Source: an uncultured Clostridia bacterium
Lineage (GTDB): Bacteria > Bacillota > Clostridia > TANB77 > CAG-508
Direction: 5' to 3'
DNA: 64,000 bases
Assembly: GCA_904387305.1 (NCBI GenBank)
Contig: CAJFLB010000011.1
Location: forward strand, 10,156-74,155
The position numbers were made by a program, and so were the translations under genes. Each line of letters starts with the position of its first letter. Positions within the stretch are counted from its first letter, which is position 1. Below the pieces are notes generated by a model that ran no database searches, was not told the origin of the DNA, and worked only from the letters and a program-made list of their open reading frames with translations. Below, piece after piece: positions 35,986-45,293 of this stretch.

Positions 35986-38895
35986 ATGAAACGTTTAGAT
36001 GAAATATCAATTGAAGAAATGGAGAGAGTTTGTAGATTACAAATTTTGAAAACGGATCTTATATCTGTCATAAAACCAGAAAAAAGACAAGAAGTTCTTT
36101 CAAAGTACTCAAAATTTGAAAGACGTGAAAAACGTAAAAATCAGAATGACTATTTAAATGACGGTATATCAAGATTTTTAGTTGAAGGCGAAAAGAACAA
36201 TAAAAGTGAACGTGATATTGTTACACAATTTTTAATAGAAAATGAAGGAGCTGTTGATAAAGGAAATGTATTGTTAATTACTTTGAAAAAATATTTAAAC
36301 AGCAAAGATGCATTAAATGATAGAAATCATCCATTACACAACACATATATGAAAGAAAAGGAAAGAATTGAAGAAGCTTTAGGAAGAACAGAAGTGATGG
36401 CAGAAGATATTTTGAGAGATGAAGATATTGTTGTTTCTCGAGTGATAAAAAATTTAGAGGAAAAGTACTATTCAGTACAAGTGCTTATGAGTAAAGAAAT
36501 CGTAGATAAAATACCTTTGCCAGGTGAAAGAAAAAGAGAAAGAGAATCAAAAAAAGTAATCAATGCATTACCTAATAAAGCACTTTTAATAGCAGTATTA
36601 ATAGGAAATGAAAGTATGGCAGATAAAGACATATATAAAGTTCCAAATTTAGGACGAAATATTTTGGATACTACTTTAGAAAATGCGGTAGTAGAAGAAA
36701 TTATAACTCCTGGACTAATAGAAAAGTTTCAGAATAGTCTCAAAGAATATTCAACCAATTATATAACTAATGAAATTCAACCAGTTGTCAAGAAATCATT
36801 TGCAGGCATTGAAAAATACATAGATATGGATAAAATGTGTTTAACAGCATGTGTGGAAATCATTAAAGCATCAGAAAGTGGACAATTTATTTTTACAGAT
36901 GGAGAATGGGAAGAAAATAAAAAAGCGCATGAAAAAGATGCGTATTTAGGAGCGGAAGAATATTTATCAGATTATTATGCAGCGATAAAGGATAAGGAAG
37001 TAGAAGTTGTTTTTAACGGACAAAACTTTACAACAGAAGATATTAAGAGAGTAATGGTGAACTATATAGATGGAAGATATATGTCACGTCCTTTCGTAAC
37101 AAGTCTTATTGAATTAATTATGTTTGGTGATAAACAAGTATCAGATATTACAGAGAAACAATTGGAACGTATTAGAGAAGTTTTAATTGAAGGTAACGGG
37201 AATATGATAATAGAAGATTTAAAAAGAATGATAGAAAAAGGGTTATTAGATGAGACAACCGTTTTACAATTATATGAAAATAGAAAACTTAGTTTAAATG
37301 ACATTCACGAAGTAAAAGAAATGTTACATTTAGAAGATAAGATAACACCTAAATTTATCTTACAACAGTTGGATGAATTAATGACGATTGACAAAAAAGA
37401 TGATCAATATGAAAAAGAAACTATCAAAAGGTATATAGATTTATACAAAGAATTGTATTTAGAAGGAAAATCAGAAGAGGAGTTAGAAAAAGCAGGAAAA
37501 GCATTAATTGAGGAGATTGAAAAAGAACAACAAAAAGATGAAGAAAAAACAGAAGAGCAAAAGCAAGAAGGAATCTTACAAAATAAATTATTATCTGAAA
37601 AAACTTATGCAGTTTTGGCTTCTAAAGGAGTAGTAAAACCAGAAAATCTTATGCATATGTATCAAAAAGATGTTGTTCAATTGGAAACTTTACAACAATT
37701 GAAACAAGAAAATGTTTCTTTTGATAATTTAGATATAGAACAACAAATCATTGATAGTTATATGAAAATAAGAGAAGAAAAAAATCCAGATGACCAAAAA
37801 TTAAAGAAATATATTACTTTATATAAAACTTTACAATTAAAAGGACTATCAGAAAATGATAGAGCAGAAGGAGCAGATGAATTTATTGTTAAACTTGGTG
37901 ATAGAATAGAAACGGATATACAAGAAGGAAAACAAACAAGAGAATTTGGAGCAGAAGATAGAAGACAACTATATGAATTAGGTGCGATTCCAATTGATAC
38001 AGTGGTACTTTGGGGAGAAAAAGAAGAAATTATTGATTTATTAAAAAGTAAAACATTACTTCCCAAAGATATCAAAAAATTGTATCAAGATAGGAGAATC
38101 ATATTGCATGATTTTCAAGAAATTATGGAAGCACCAGATATAGAAGTGGGGCAAAAACTTCATCTAGTTAATACAGTATTTTCTAGTCATGAAGTTGCTG
38201 AGATAAGACAAGATTTAATGGCAAGGATAAAAGGACTAAAAAATACAGCCAGTTCAGAAAAGACAAAGGGAAAACAAAAAAGTGCAGATAAAAAAGAAGA
38301 AAATACAAATAAATATAATGATAGAAATCGATATATCTTTGACACAGCAGAAAGATATAATGCTTGGATAGAATCAGACGAAGATGTTAGGATGTCACTT
38401 TTTGATGATGGACATGTGGCATTCCAATTGCCAAATGTAAAAGATGGTATTGTTGTAATAGAAGAATTGTGGAAAACAAAAACTGTTGAAGAAGATGGCA
38501 TAAAAGAAAAACAATTAATAGACAAGTATGGAGCCAATGGATATGTATTGACAATAGAGGAATATGAAAAATATAAAGACAGATTTATAACAACAGATAA
38601 TAGAATAAAAAGATCAAAATTAATTGAACTTGTGCAGGAACTTCCTAGTTTAGAGGAAGAAGGAATTTTAAGAGAATTGCTTCATACAAAAAATAAATAT
38701 ACCATAGATGTCCAAACATTATTAGGAATACCAAAGAGTTTGGCAGGCGCGAGAACAGAAGGACAAAAAGAAAAAGCTCTAAAAACATTGGATGAGAGTA
38801 CAGAATATACTCCAGAGGAAAAGGAAAGAATAAGAAAAATACATACCATGTGGGAGCAAGTAAGAGAAAGCAGAGATCATTATAGAGAGCAATAG
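35986..38895 (+). CDS. large (969 aa) Lys/Glu-rich helical-repeat protein of unknown function
   Basis: Good RBS (GTGAGGTG). No enzymatic motif was seen. Internal repeats, e.g. IKRYIDLYKELYLEGKSEEELEKAG versus LKKYITLYKTLQLKGLSENDRAEGA. Confidence 0.5.
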   Translation: MKRLDEISIEEMERVCRLQILKTDLISVIKPEKRQEVLSKYSKFERREKRKNQNDYLNDGISRFLVEGEKNNKSERDIVTQFLIENEGAVDKGNVLLITLKKYLNSKDALNDRNHPLHNTYMKEKERIEEALGRTEVMAEDILRDEDIVVSRVIKNLEEKYYSVQVLMSKEIVDKIPLPGERKRERESKKVINALPNKALLIAVLIGNESMADKDIYKVPNLGRNILDTTLENAVVEEIITPGLIEKFQNSLKEYSTNYITNEIQPVVKKSFAGIEKYIDMDKMCLTACVEIIKASESGQFIFTDGEWEENKKAHEKDAYLGAEEYLSDYYAAIKDKEVEVVFNGQNFTTEDIKRVMVNYIDGRYMSRPFVTSLIELIMFGDKQVSDITEKQLERIREVLIEGNGNMIIEDLKRMIEKGLLDETTVLQLYENRKLSLNDIHEVKEMLHLEDKITPKFILQQLDELMTIDKKDDQYEKETIKRYIDLYKELYLEGKSEEELEKAGKALIEEIEKEQQKDEEKTEEQKQEGILQNKLLSEKTYAVLASKGVVKPENLMHMYQKDVVQLETLQQLKQENVSFDNLDIEQQIIDSYMKIREEKNPDDQKLKKYITLYKTLQLKGLSENDRAEGADEFIVKLGDRIETDIQEGKQTREFGAEDRRQLYELGAIPIDTVVLWGEKEEIIDLLKSKTLLPKDIKKLYQDRRIILHDFQEIMEAPDIEVGQKLHLVNTVFSSHEVAEIRQDLMARIKGLKNTASSEKTKGKQKSADKKEENTNKYNDRNRYIFDTAERYNAWIESDEDVRMSLFDDGHVAFQLPNVKDGIVVIEELWKTKTVEEDGIKEKQLIDKYGANGYVLTIEEYEKYKDRFITTDNRIKRSKLIELVQELPSLEEEGILRELLHTKNKYTIDVQTLLGIPKSLAGARTEGQKEKALKTLDESTEYTPEEKERIRKIHTMWEQVRESRDHYREQ

Positions 38896-38996
38896 GAAGC
38901 AAAGAAATTTCTATCAAGTATTTGGAAATTGTATTATTGTATGATATACTATACAAAAGAAAGACTTATGATTCAAATAGAAGATATAAGCCTTTC

Positions 38997-39160
38997 TTTT
39001 CATACAATAGGAAAGTTATCCTTTCCTATTGTATGAAAGTCGCTTTGCTCTGACGATTGCACACAAATTTTACTAACGTAAAATTTGGTGCACGAACAAT
39101 AACGCGGGCTTTAAAATGTTAAGAACAGAAAAAATATTAAAAAAAGCCCGCTATTGTTCT
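38997..39160. repeat. family B-related repeat, copy 3, plus two further long hairpins
   Basis: Hairpin ttttcatacaataggaaagttatcctttcctattgtatgaaa, module gtcgctttgctctgacgattgcaca, hairpin gcacacaaatttt...aaaatttggtgc, and hairpin gaacaataacgcgggcttt...aaagcccgctattgttc. Confidence 0.7.
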
Positions 39161-39243
39161 CATAAAGCATTTTACAATAAATGAACTTTGGGAGTAAATA
39201 CCGCTAATAGAGAATTTCAATAAAGACAAAGGAATGAAATGAA

Positions 39244-41103
39244 ATGTTTGATATAGAAGAAGAATTAAAAAAATTACCAGGAAAACCTGGTGTATATATT
39301 ATGCATGATAAAGATGATAACATTATCTATGTTGGAAAAGCGATTTCATTAAAAAACAGAGTTAGACAATATTTCCGAAAAACAAATAAAACCGCTAGAA
39401 TTGAAAAAATGGTTTCTTTAATTGACCATTTTGAATATATCGTGGTAGATAATGAGGCAGAAGCTTTAATTTTAGAATGTAATTTAATTAAAAAGAATAG
39501 GCCAAAATTTAATGTGTTATTAAAAGATGATAAAACTTATCCCTATATAAAAATTGATGTAAAATCAGAATATCCTGGAGTTTATTACACAAGAAGGGTG
39601 ATAAATGATGGCTCAAAATATTTTGGACCATATGCCAATCCAGGTGCAGCAAAAGAAATGTTAGATTTTATTAAAGAAAGATATAAAATTCATCAATGTA
39701 GAACGTTAAAAGAAAGAACAAGACCATGCTTAAATTATCATATAGGTAGATGTTTAGCACCATGTATGGGAAATGTAGATAAGGAAGAATATCGAAAACA
39801 AGTAGACGAAATCACTGATTTATTAGAAGGAAAAACAGATAAAGTTTTAAAAGATCTAGATTTACAAATGCAAGAAGCAGCTCAAAAGATGGAATATGAA
39901 AAAGCAGCCTATTTAAGAGATAGAAAACAAGCAATCGAAAGAGCTTCAGCAAAACAAAAAGTATCTAACATATCAGAAAATAGTATTGATGTTATCGGAA
40001 TTGCAAAATCAGATTTAGAAGTTTGTATAGAAATCTTTTTTGTAAGAGGAAGTAAAATGATAGGAAGAGAACAATATTTCTATAAAGACCTAAAAGATAT
40101 GGAAGATAAAGAAATTCTTTCAGGATTTATCAAACAATATTATTTTGACAATCCAAACATTCCTAGTAAAATTATGATGAGAGAAGAAATCGAAGATAAA
40201 GAAGCAATTGAAAGTTGGTTGTCCACAGAGTTAGGAAAAAAAGTGGAAATCAAATCACCTAAAAAGGGTGAAAAATTGAGATTTGTAGAAATGGCAGAAA
40301 ATAATGCAAAAGTAACGCTAGATAATAAAGAAAAAGATAAAAGTGAAATTTTATTAGAATTAAAAGAAGTATTAAAAATGGATATATTACCAAGAAAAAT
40401 TGAAACATTTGATATATCTAATATATCTGGAGAATATATGGTAGCTGGAATGTGTGTTATGCAAGATGGTGTTATTAAAAAGAATTTATCTAGAAGATTT
40501 AAAATAAAAACGGTTTATGGACAAGATGATCCAAAATGCATGGAAGAGGTTATAACCAGAAGATTAAGACATTCTGTCGAAAATCCAAATGGTGGATTTG
40601 GAAAACTTCCAGATGTCATATTTGCAGATGGTGGTATTACACAAATACATGCAACCAAACAAGCAATTGAAAATGTTTTGAATGAAGAAAAAGAAAAGAT
40701 TATACAAGAAGATATGACAGAGCAAGACAAAAAAGAAAAACTAGAAATGATGGAAAAAGAATTAGATATTAAAGTATTTGGCATGGTTAAAAATGATAAA
40801 CACCAAACAAGAGCTTTAATGGATGAAAACAGAAATGAACTAAAAATTTCAGAAAACTTAATGAAACTAATTACCAGATTTCAAGATACAGTTCATAACA
40901 CAGCTATTACTTATCATAGAAAATTAAGAGATAAAGAAATTACGAAATCAGAACTAGATGATATCAAAGGAATTGGTAAAGTCAAAAAACAAGCTTTATT
41001 AAAACAGTTTGGAAGTGTAGAAAAAATAAAACAAGCATCTATAGAAGAATTAATGAAAGTAAAAGGGATTACAAAAGAATTAGCAGAAAGATTAAAGCAA
41101 TAG
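39244..41103 (+). CDS. uvrC: excinuclease ABC subunit C
   Basis: GIY-YIG (PGVYIMHDKDDNIIYVGKA), UVR domain, endonuclease V-like domain and C-terminal HhH2. Confidence 0.95.
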   Translation: MFDIEEELKKLPGKPGVYIMHDKDDNIIYVGKAISLKNRVRQYFRKTNKTARIEKMVSLIDHFEYIVVDNEAEALILECNLIKKNRPKFNVLLKDDKTYPYIKIDVKSEYPGVYYTRRVINDGSKYFGPYANPGAAKEMLDFIKERYKIHQCRTLKERTRPCLNYHIGRCLAPCMGNVDKEEYRKQVDEITDLLEGKTDKVLKDLDLQMQEAAQKMEYEKAAYLRDRKQAIERASAKQKVSNISENSIDVIGIAKSDLEVCIEIFFVRGSKMIGREQYFYKDLKDMEDKEILSGFIKQYYFDNPNIPSKIMMREEIEDKEAIESWLSTELGKKVEIKSPKKGEKLRFVEMAENNAKVTLDNKEKDKSEILLELKEVLKMDILPRKIETFDISNISGEYMVAGMCVMQDGVIKKNLSRRFKIKTVYGQDDPKCMEEVITRRLRHSVENPNGGFGKLPDVIFADGGITQIHATKQAIENVLNEEKEKIIQEDMTEQDKKEKLEMMEKELDIKVFGMVKNDKHQTRALMDENRNELKISENLMKLITRFQDTVHNTAITYHRKLRDKEITKSELDDIKGIGKVKKQALLKQFGSVEKIKQASIEELMKVKGITKELAERLKQ

Positions 41104-41147
41104 AATGTGTGGATTTACCTATATTAAAAGATTTTATATAAAAAAAT

Positions 41148-41192
41148 GGGGAGGTGCCTCCCCGTGTGGACGTATTAGGTACGTCCTCTTTT
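41148..41192 (+). terminator. tandem hairpins terminating uvrC
   Basis: ggggaggtgcctcccc, then ggacgtattaggtacgtcc followed by tctttt. Confidence 0.6.
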
Positions 41193-41324
41193 AATTTTGC
41201 CATACACGGCGAATGATGGGTAGCGACTGGCTAACCCATAAATTACCCTGTGTGTCTGTATAATTTGGTAGAGAAGCCCTCCAACCAACAGACCAACAGG
41301 AATTAAAATAATTGCTTTTTTCAT
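41175..41324 (-). CDS. 49-aa small membrane protein with a basic C-terminus
   Basis: MKKAIILIPVGLLVGGLLYQIIQTHRVIYGLASRYPSFAVYGKIKRGRT. RBS AAAGGAGGA. Promoter TTGCTA-17-TATAGT upstream on the minus strand. More G+C-rich than the flanks. Confidence 0.5.
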   Translation of the reverse strand: MKKAIILIPVGLLVGGLLYQIIQTHRVIYGLASRYPSFAVYGKIKRGRT

Positions 41325-41465
41325 AAAGTAGTCCTCCTTTTCGTATAAAAAGCAATTTATAGAGAGTTTTCCCTGCATCGATACTAAAATACTATATCAC
41401 AAATTTTATAGTATAGCAATTGATTTTTTTAAATAAGTAAATATAAACTTATAACATCAAAAAAG

Positions 41466-41494
41466 TTGAAAAATTGCTGAATTTGTAGTATAAT
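41466..41494 (+). promoter_or_regulatory. consensus sigma-A promoter for the 72-aa membrane protein
   Basis: TTGAAA (41466-71), 17-nt spacer, TATAAT (41489-94). Confidence 0.6.
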
Positions 41495-41526
41495 TAAAGT
41501 ATCAATCAAAAGAGGAGGAGTATAAA

Positions 41527-41745
41527 ATGAGAGAAACAATGAAGCGGTTAATGATAGCACTTAGTTTAGGAGTGGCAACATATGTAATAGGAGTTGCCCT
41601 TCTGTTTCTCAATTACAACTGGGATGTTTTTATCCAGTTTGTAAAAGACTTTAACATCGAGGTCGGAATAACACTTGTTGTTCCAGCTCTGGTTGCAGGA
41701 TGGATTATGCGTGGACGGTGGCCTCGAAGAACAAAGAAGTCGTAA
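41527..41745 (+). CDS. 72-aa two-TM small membrane protein with a basic tail
   Basis: RBS AGAGGAGGAG. Product: MRETMKRLMIALSLGVATYVIGVALLFLNYNWDVFIQFVKDFNIEVGITLVVPALVAGWIMRGRWPRRTKKS. Confidence 0.55.
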   Translation: MRETMKRLMIALSLGVATYVIGVALLFLNYNWDVFIQFVKDFNIEVGITLVVPALVAGWIMRGRWPRRTKKS

Positions 41746-41854
41746 GACTTCGGGACTGTTGACAGGATATGCAAATATCTAGTCGATGGTCTTTTTTATA
41801 TATTAGGAATAATTAATTGAAGTAATGCATATACATATATTAGGAGGGATGGAT

Positions 41855-42067
41855 ATGCAAAATACAAATGAAGGGATTTTTATATGTACATATGATAGTG
41901 AAGTATTGAGAATGAGAGAGAAAGCAGAGAAAAATTGGAAGGACAAGTTATATACAAGTATAACAAGGCATAAATTTATGTCATTGGTTATATTAGCATT
42001 TATTATGTTGTCTAGCATAAATGCAATCATGATATATAATTTCTTTAAAATTTTACAAAACATTTGA
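41855..42067 (+). CDS. 70-aa tail-anchored hypothetical protein
   Basis: ATG at 41855 after RBS AGGAGGG. C-terminal TM FMSLVILAFIMLSSINAIMIY. Confidence 0.4.
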   Translation: MQNTNEGIFICTYDSEVLRMREKAEKNWKDKLYTSITRHKFMSLVILAFIMLSSINAIMIYNFFKILQNI

Positions 42068-42118
42068 ATTTATGAAAAAAAAGGAAGTATAATATGTAAC
42101 AAGGAAGGTGCTAAAAAT

Positions 42119-42274
42119 ATGAGTATAAAATATAATGTTATGATACAAAAAGAAGAAGAATGGTATGTAGCAAAATGTTTAGACAATAATGTTGCATCAC
42201 AAGGAAAAACAATAGAAGAAGCATTAAAAAATTTAAAAGAAGCATTAGAACTATATTTATATATAGAGAATTAG
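42119..42274 (+). CDS. small HicB-like / UPF0150-family antitoxin, orphan (not in the ORF track)
   Basis: MSIKYNVMIQKEEEWYVAKCLDNNVASQGKTIEEALKNLKEALELYL is the classic UPF0150 pattern (Y.v.i.ee.g.y.A.cp.l.g..sqG.T.EEAl.N.kEAi.l). RBS AAGGAAGGTG. Confidence 0.65.
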   Translation: MSIKYNVMIQKEEEWYVAKCLDNNVASQGKTIEEALKNLKEALELYLYIEN

Positions 42275-42400
42275 AAGAATTTTAAAAATATTTAAAATCG
42301 TAAAATTTTTAAATCGTTAAATACCCTTGGAAAAATCAAAAAAATATGATAAAATATAGCTATTCTAATAATAGGAGGAAGAGTAGTTTATTAATGCTAC

Positions 42401-43279
42401 TTGAAAAAAATTATGAAAATAGCAAATGAATGGAAAGATTATAAAATATTAGACATGGCAGATGGACAAAAATTAGAAAAATGGGGAAATGTCATTTTAT
42501 CTAGGCCAGACCCACAAATTATTTGGAAAAATAAAAGTTTTCCAAACAAGTGGAAAGAAATGAATGCTGTATATAATAGAAGTAAAACAGGAGGAGGTTC
42601 ATGGGAATTTAAGAAAAAGGTACCTTCTCAATGGCAAATTAAATACAAAAATTTAACATTCAATATTAAGCCAATGGGATTTAAGCATACAGGATTATTT
42701 CCTGAACAAGCAGTTAATTGGGATTGGATGATACAAAAAATTAAAAGTGAAAAAAGACAAATAAAAGTATTGAACCTATTTGCCTATACAGGAGGAGCAA
42801 CTGTTGCTTGTTTATCAGCAGGAGCTTCTGTATGTCATGTAGATAGTTCAAAAGGAATGACCACTTGGGCAAAAGAAAATGTAACATCTTCAAAATTACA
42901 AGATAGGTCAGTTCGATTTATTGTAGATGATGTTGTAAAATTTGTAAATCGAGAAATTAGAAGAGGAAATACTTATGATGCCATCATTATGGATCCACCA
43001 TCTTATGGTAGAGGCGCTAAAGGAGAGGTATGGCAATTTGAAAATAATATCTATGATTTAGTGGAATTATGTACAAAAGTATTATCAGATAATCCTTTAT
43101 TCTTTCTAATTAATTCCTATACAACAGGGATATCAAGTAAAGTGCTAGAAGATATTTTATATTTAACTGTATCAAAGAAATATAAAGGAAAAGTAGAATC
43201 TGGAGAAATTGGTCTTCCTATGGAAAATTCTAAGTTGGTTTTGCCTTGTGGAATTTATGGAAGATGGGAACTAGTTTAA
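42401..43279 (+). CDS. class I SAM-dependent methyltransferase (RlmI-like catalytic domain, no PUA)
   Basis: VLNLFAYTGGATVA (motif I), HVDSSK, IIMDPPSYGRG (motif IV). The start is uncertain (TTG 42401 or ATG 42413). Confidence 0.7.
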   Translation: MKKIMKIANEWKDYKILDMADGQKLEKWGNVILSRPDPQIIWKNKSFPNKWKEMNAVYNRSKTGGGSWEFKKKVPSQWQIKYKNLTFNIKPMGFKHTGLFPEQAVNWDWMIQKIKSEKRQIKVLNLFAYTGGATVACLSAGASVCHVDSSKGMTTWAKENVTSSKLQDRSVRFIVDDVVKFVNREIRRGNTYDAIIMDPPSYGRGAKGEVWQFENNIYDLVELCTKVLSDNPLFFLINSYTTGISSKVLEDILYLTVSKKYKGKVESGEIGLPMENSKLVLPCGIYGRWELV

Positions 43280-43281
43280 AA

Positions 43282-43390
43282 GATAATCAGTATCTTGCGT
43301 CGTTAAACATCATTTTAAATTTAATCGATGTGCAAAGAGCACACCTCTTAAATTTAAAACTCGTTTGCCTAGCAATATACTAATTCTTTT
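43282..43390. repeat. about 110-bp imperfect palindrome
   Basis: gataatcagtatcttgcgtcgttaaacatcattttaaatttaa pairs with ttaaatttaaaactcgtttgcctagcaatatactaattc around a gtgc-aaaga-gcac centre. Confidence 0.55.
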
Positions 43391-43439
43391 TTTTAACTAG
43401 TATTGTAGAAAAAATAGAGAAATTAGAAGAGGAATTTAA

Positions 43440-44141
43440 ATGAGCAAACTAAAAATCATATATGAAGATAATCACATAATTGTTGTTGAAAAAATACCCA
43501 ATATTCCTTCACAATCTGACAAAACTGGAGATATGGATATGCTAACACTTGTGAAGGAATATATAAAAGAAAAATACAATAAGCCAGGAAATGTATATTT
43601 GGGATTGGTGCATAGACTAGATAGACCTGTTGGCGGAGTTATGGTATTTGCAAAAACTTCAAAGGCAGCTTCGAGATTAAGTAATCAAGTAAGAGAAAAA
43701 GTGTTTAAAAAAGAATATTTAGCAGTTGTTGATGGAAAGATTGAAAATACAAAAGGAACCTTGGTTGATTATTTATATAAAGATGAAAGAAATAATATGA
43801 GCAGGGTGGTTCATAAAGAAAAGAAAAATGCTAAAGAAGCAAAATTAGATTATGAAGTTTTAAAATATAATGAAATAAAAGATTTATCTCTGGTAAAAAT
43901 AAATTTACATACAGGGAGACATCATCAAATTCGAGTACAATTGTCTCATTTTGGACATAGTATTTTTGGAGATCAAAAGTATGGAACGAGAGGAAAAGGA
44001 AAGCAAATTGCTTTATGGGCATATAAATTAACAATTGAACATCCAATAACAAAAGAGAGCATGGAATTTAAAGATTTACCAGAACCCATTGGGACATGGT
44101 GTATATTAAGAAATGAACAGAATATGATTGAAGAAATATAG
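43440..44141 (+). CDS. RluA-family pseudouridine synthase (no S4 domain)
   Basis: Catalytic motif HRLDRPVGGVMVFAKT, with TGRHHQIRVQL near the C-terminus. Confidence 0.85.
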   Translation: MSKLKIIYEDNHIIVVEKIPNIPSQSDKTGDMDMLTLVKEYIKEKYNKPGNVYLGLVHRLDRPVGGVMVFAKTSKAASRLSNQVREKVFKKEYLAVVDGKIENTKGTLVDYLYKDERNNMSRVVHKEKKNAKEAKLDYEVLKYNEIKDLSLVKINLHTGRHHQIRVQLSHFGHSIFGDQKYGTRGKGKQIALWAYKLTIEHPITKESMEFKDLPEPIGTWCILRNEQNMIEEI

Positions 44142-44338
44142 TTGAAAGTTAAGAATTCAACTATATTTTTATATTTTTAGGAAAAGTCACCCAAGACGTG
44201 TTTTTTATATTATCTAAAATTATTTTATAAAATAATTAGAAAGAAATTTTTGTAAAAGAAAATGAACGTTTTACAAAATAAAAGACATTTACAAATTATA
44301 GAGTGCTACAATCAAATTAGCAAGAAGAGGTGAAGAAA

Positions 44339-44956
44339 ATGATAGATACAATCTGCACATTCTTGACTAATAGAATCAGAAAAGAAATGCCAGAAATAGA
44401 TGATGAAAGAGCAGAGGTAATCAATTATGGATTACAAAATATAGTAGGAGAAATACCAAAAATCTTCTTATTATTCATTATTTCATTTATTCTGGGAATG
44501 TTAAAAGAAGTATTATTTATGTTTATTGTATTAACACCCTATAGAGGAGCATCAGGAGGATTTCATTTAAAAACACATCTAGGTTGTATCATAGGGACAA
44601 CTGTTTTCTATTGTGGAACAGTACTTCTTTCTCAACATGTTATATTAGAAGACATAACAAAATATATTTTAATAGGAATTAGTTGGATATTTGGAATGTT
44701 TATGATAAAACTTTATGCACCAGCAGATACAGAGAATGTTCCTATATTATCCAAAAACGATAGAAAAAAGAAACAAATAATAGCATATATAGCATATTCT
44801 ATAGGTCTTATTGCTGCTTTATTGATTCAAGATAATGTAATTTCTAATATAGTATTGTTTGGAAATCTTTTACAAACATTAACAATTACAAAATTGGCAT
44901 ATAGATTAACAAAAAATAAATATGGATATGAAGTGTATGGTGATGCTTCAGTTTAA
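44339..44956 (+). CDS. agrB: accessory gene regulator B (AgrD-processing membrane peptidase)
   Basis: Polytopic protein with VINYGLQNIVGEIPKIFLL ... TPYRGASGGFHLKTHLGCI (conserved H and C). ATG at 44339 follows AGAGGTG; the track ORF starts at GTG 44330. Confidence 0.85.
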   Translation: MIDTICTFLTNRIRKEMPEIDDERAEVINYGLQNIVGEIPKIFLLFIISFILGMLKEVLFMFIVLTPYRGASGGFHLKTHLGCIIGTTVFYCGTVLLSQHVILEDITKYILIGISWIFGMFMIKLYAPADTENVPILSKNDRKKKQIIAYIAYSIGLIAALLIQDNVISNIVLFGNLLQTLTITKLAYRLTKNKYGYEVYGDASV

Positions 44957-45017
44957 AAAAGTTTAAAAAACATATACCGGTGTGTTTTTAAAAATATATA
45001 GTAAGGGGGAATCTATT

Positions 45018-45137
45018 ATGTTCAAATTTTTATCTAAAGTAGCAGAAAAATATGCTAAAGTAACAAATACATCTTGTTTTGTTGCATGGGTTTTACATCA
45101 ACCTAAAATGCCAGAAAGCATGATAAAAAAAGACTAA
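45018..45137 (+). CDS. agrD: autoinducing-peptide precursor AgrD (39 aa, not in the ORF track)
   Basis: MFKFLSKVAEKYAKVTNTSCFVAWVLHQPKMPESMIKKD: amphipathic leader, a single Cys, and a charged Pro-containing recognition tail. RBS AAGGGGGA. Immediately downstream of agrB. Confidence 0.75.
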   Translation: MFKFLSKVAEKYAKVTNTSCFVAWVLHQPKMPESMIKKD

Positions 45138-45293
45138 TTACTTGGCAAAAATAGGACGAAAAATTATTTTTGCCATCCCATATATAACTTAAAAAGTTAT
45201 ATATTTACAATCCAATACAAGACAGCTTTTGAAAGCTGTTTTTCTTTTTGAATAAAAATAGATATGAAAAACTAATTCATATCTATTTTTGGA

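Noticed and set aside
44240-44300. Possible AgrA/LytTR boxes upstream of agrB (TTTACAAA direct repeat plus inverted TTGTAAAA)
   Set aside because: The repeat spacing (about 18 nt start to start) does not match the canonical 9-bp repeats separated by 12 bp, and such A/T words are expected by chance in this composition. Left unannotated.
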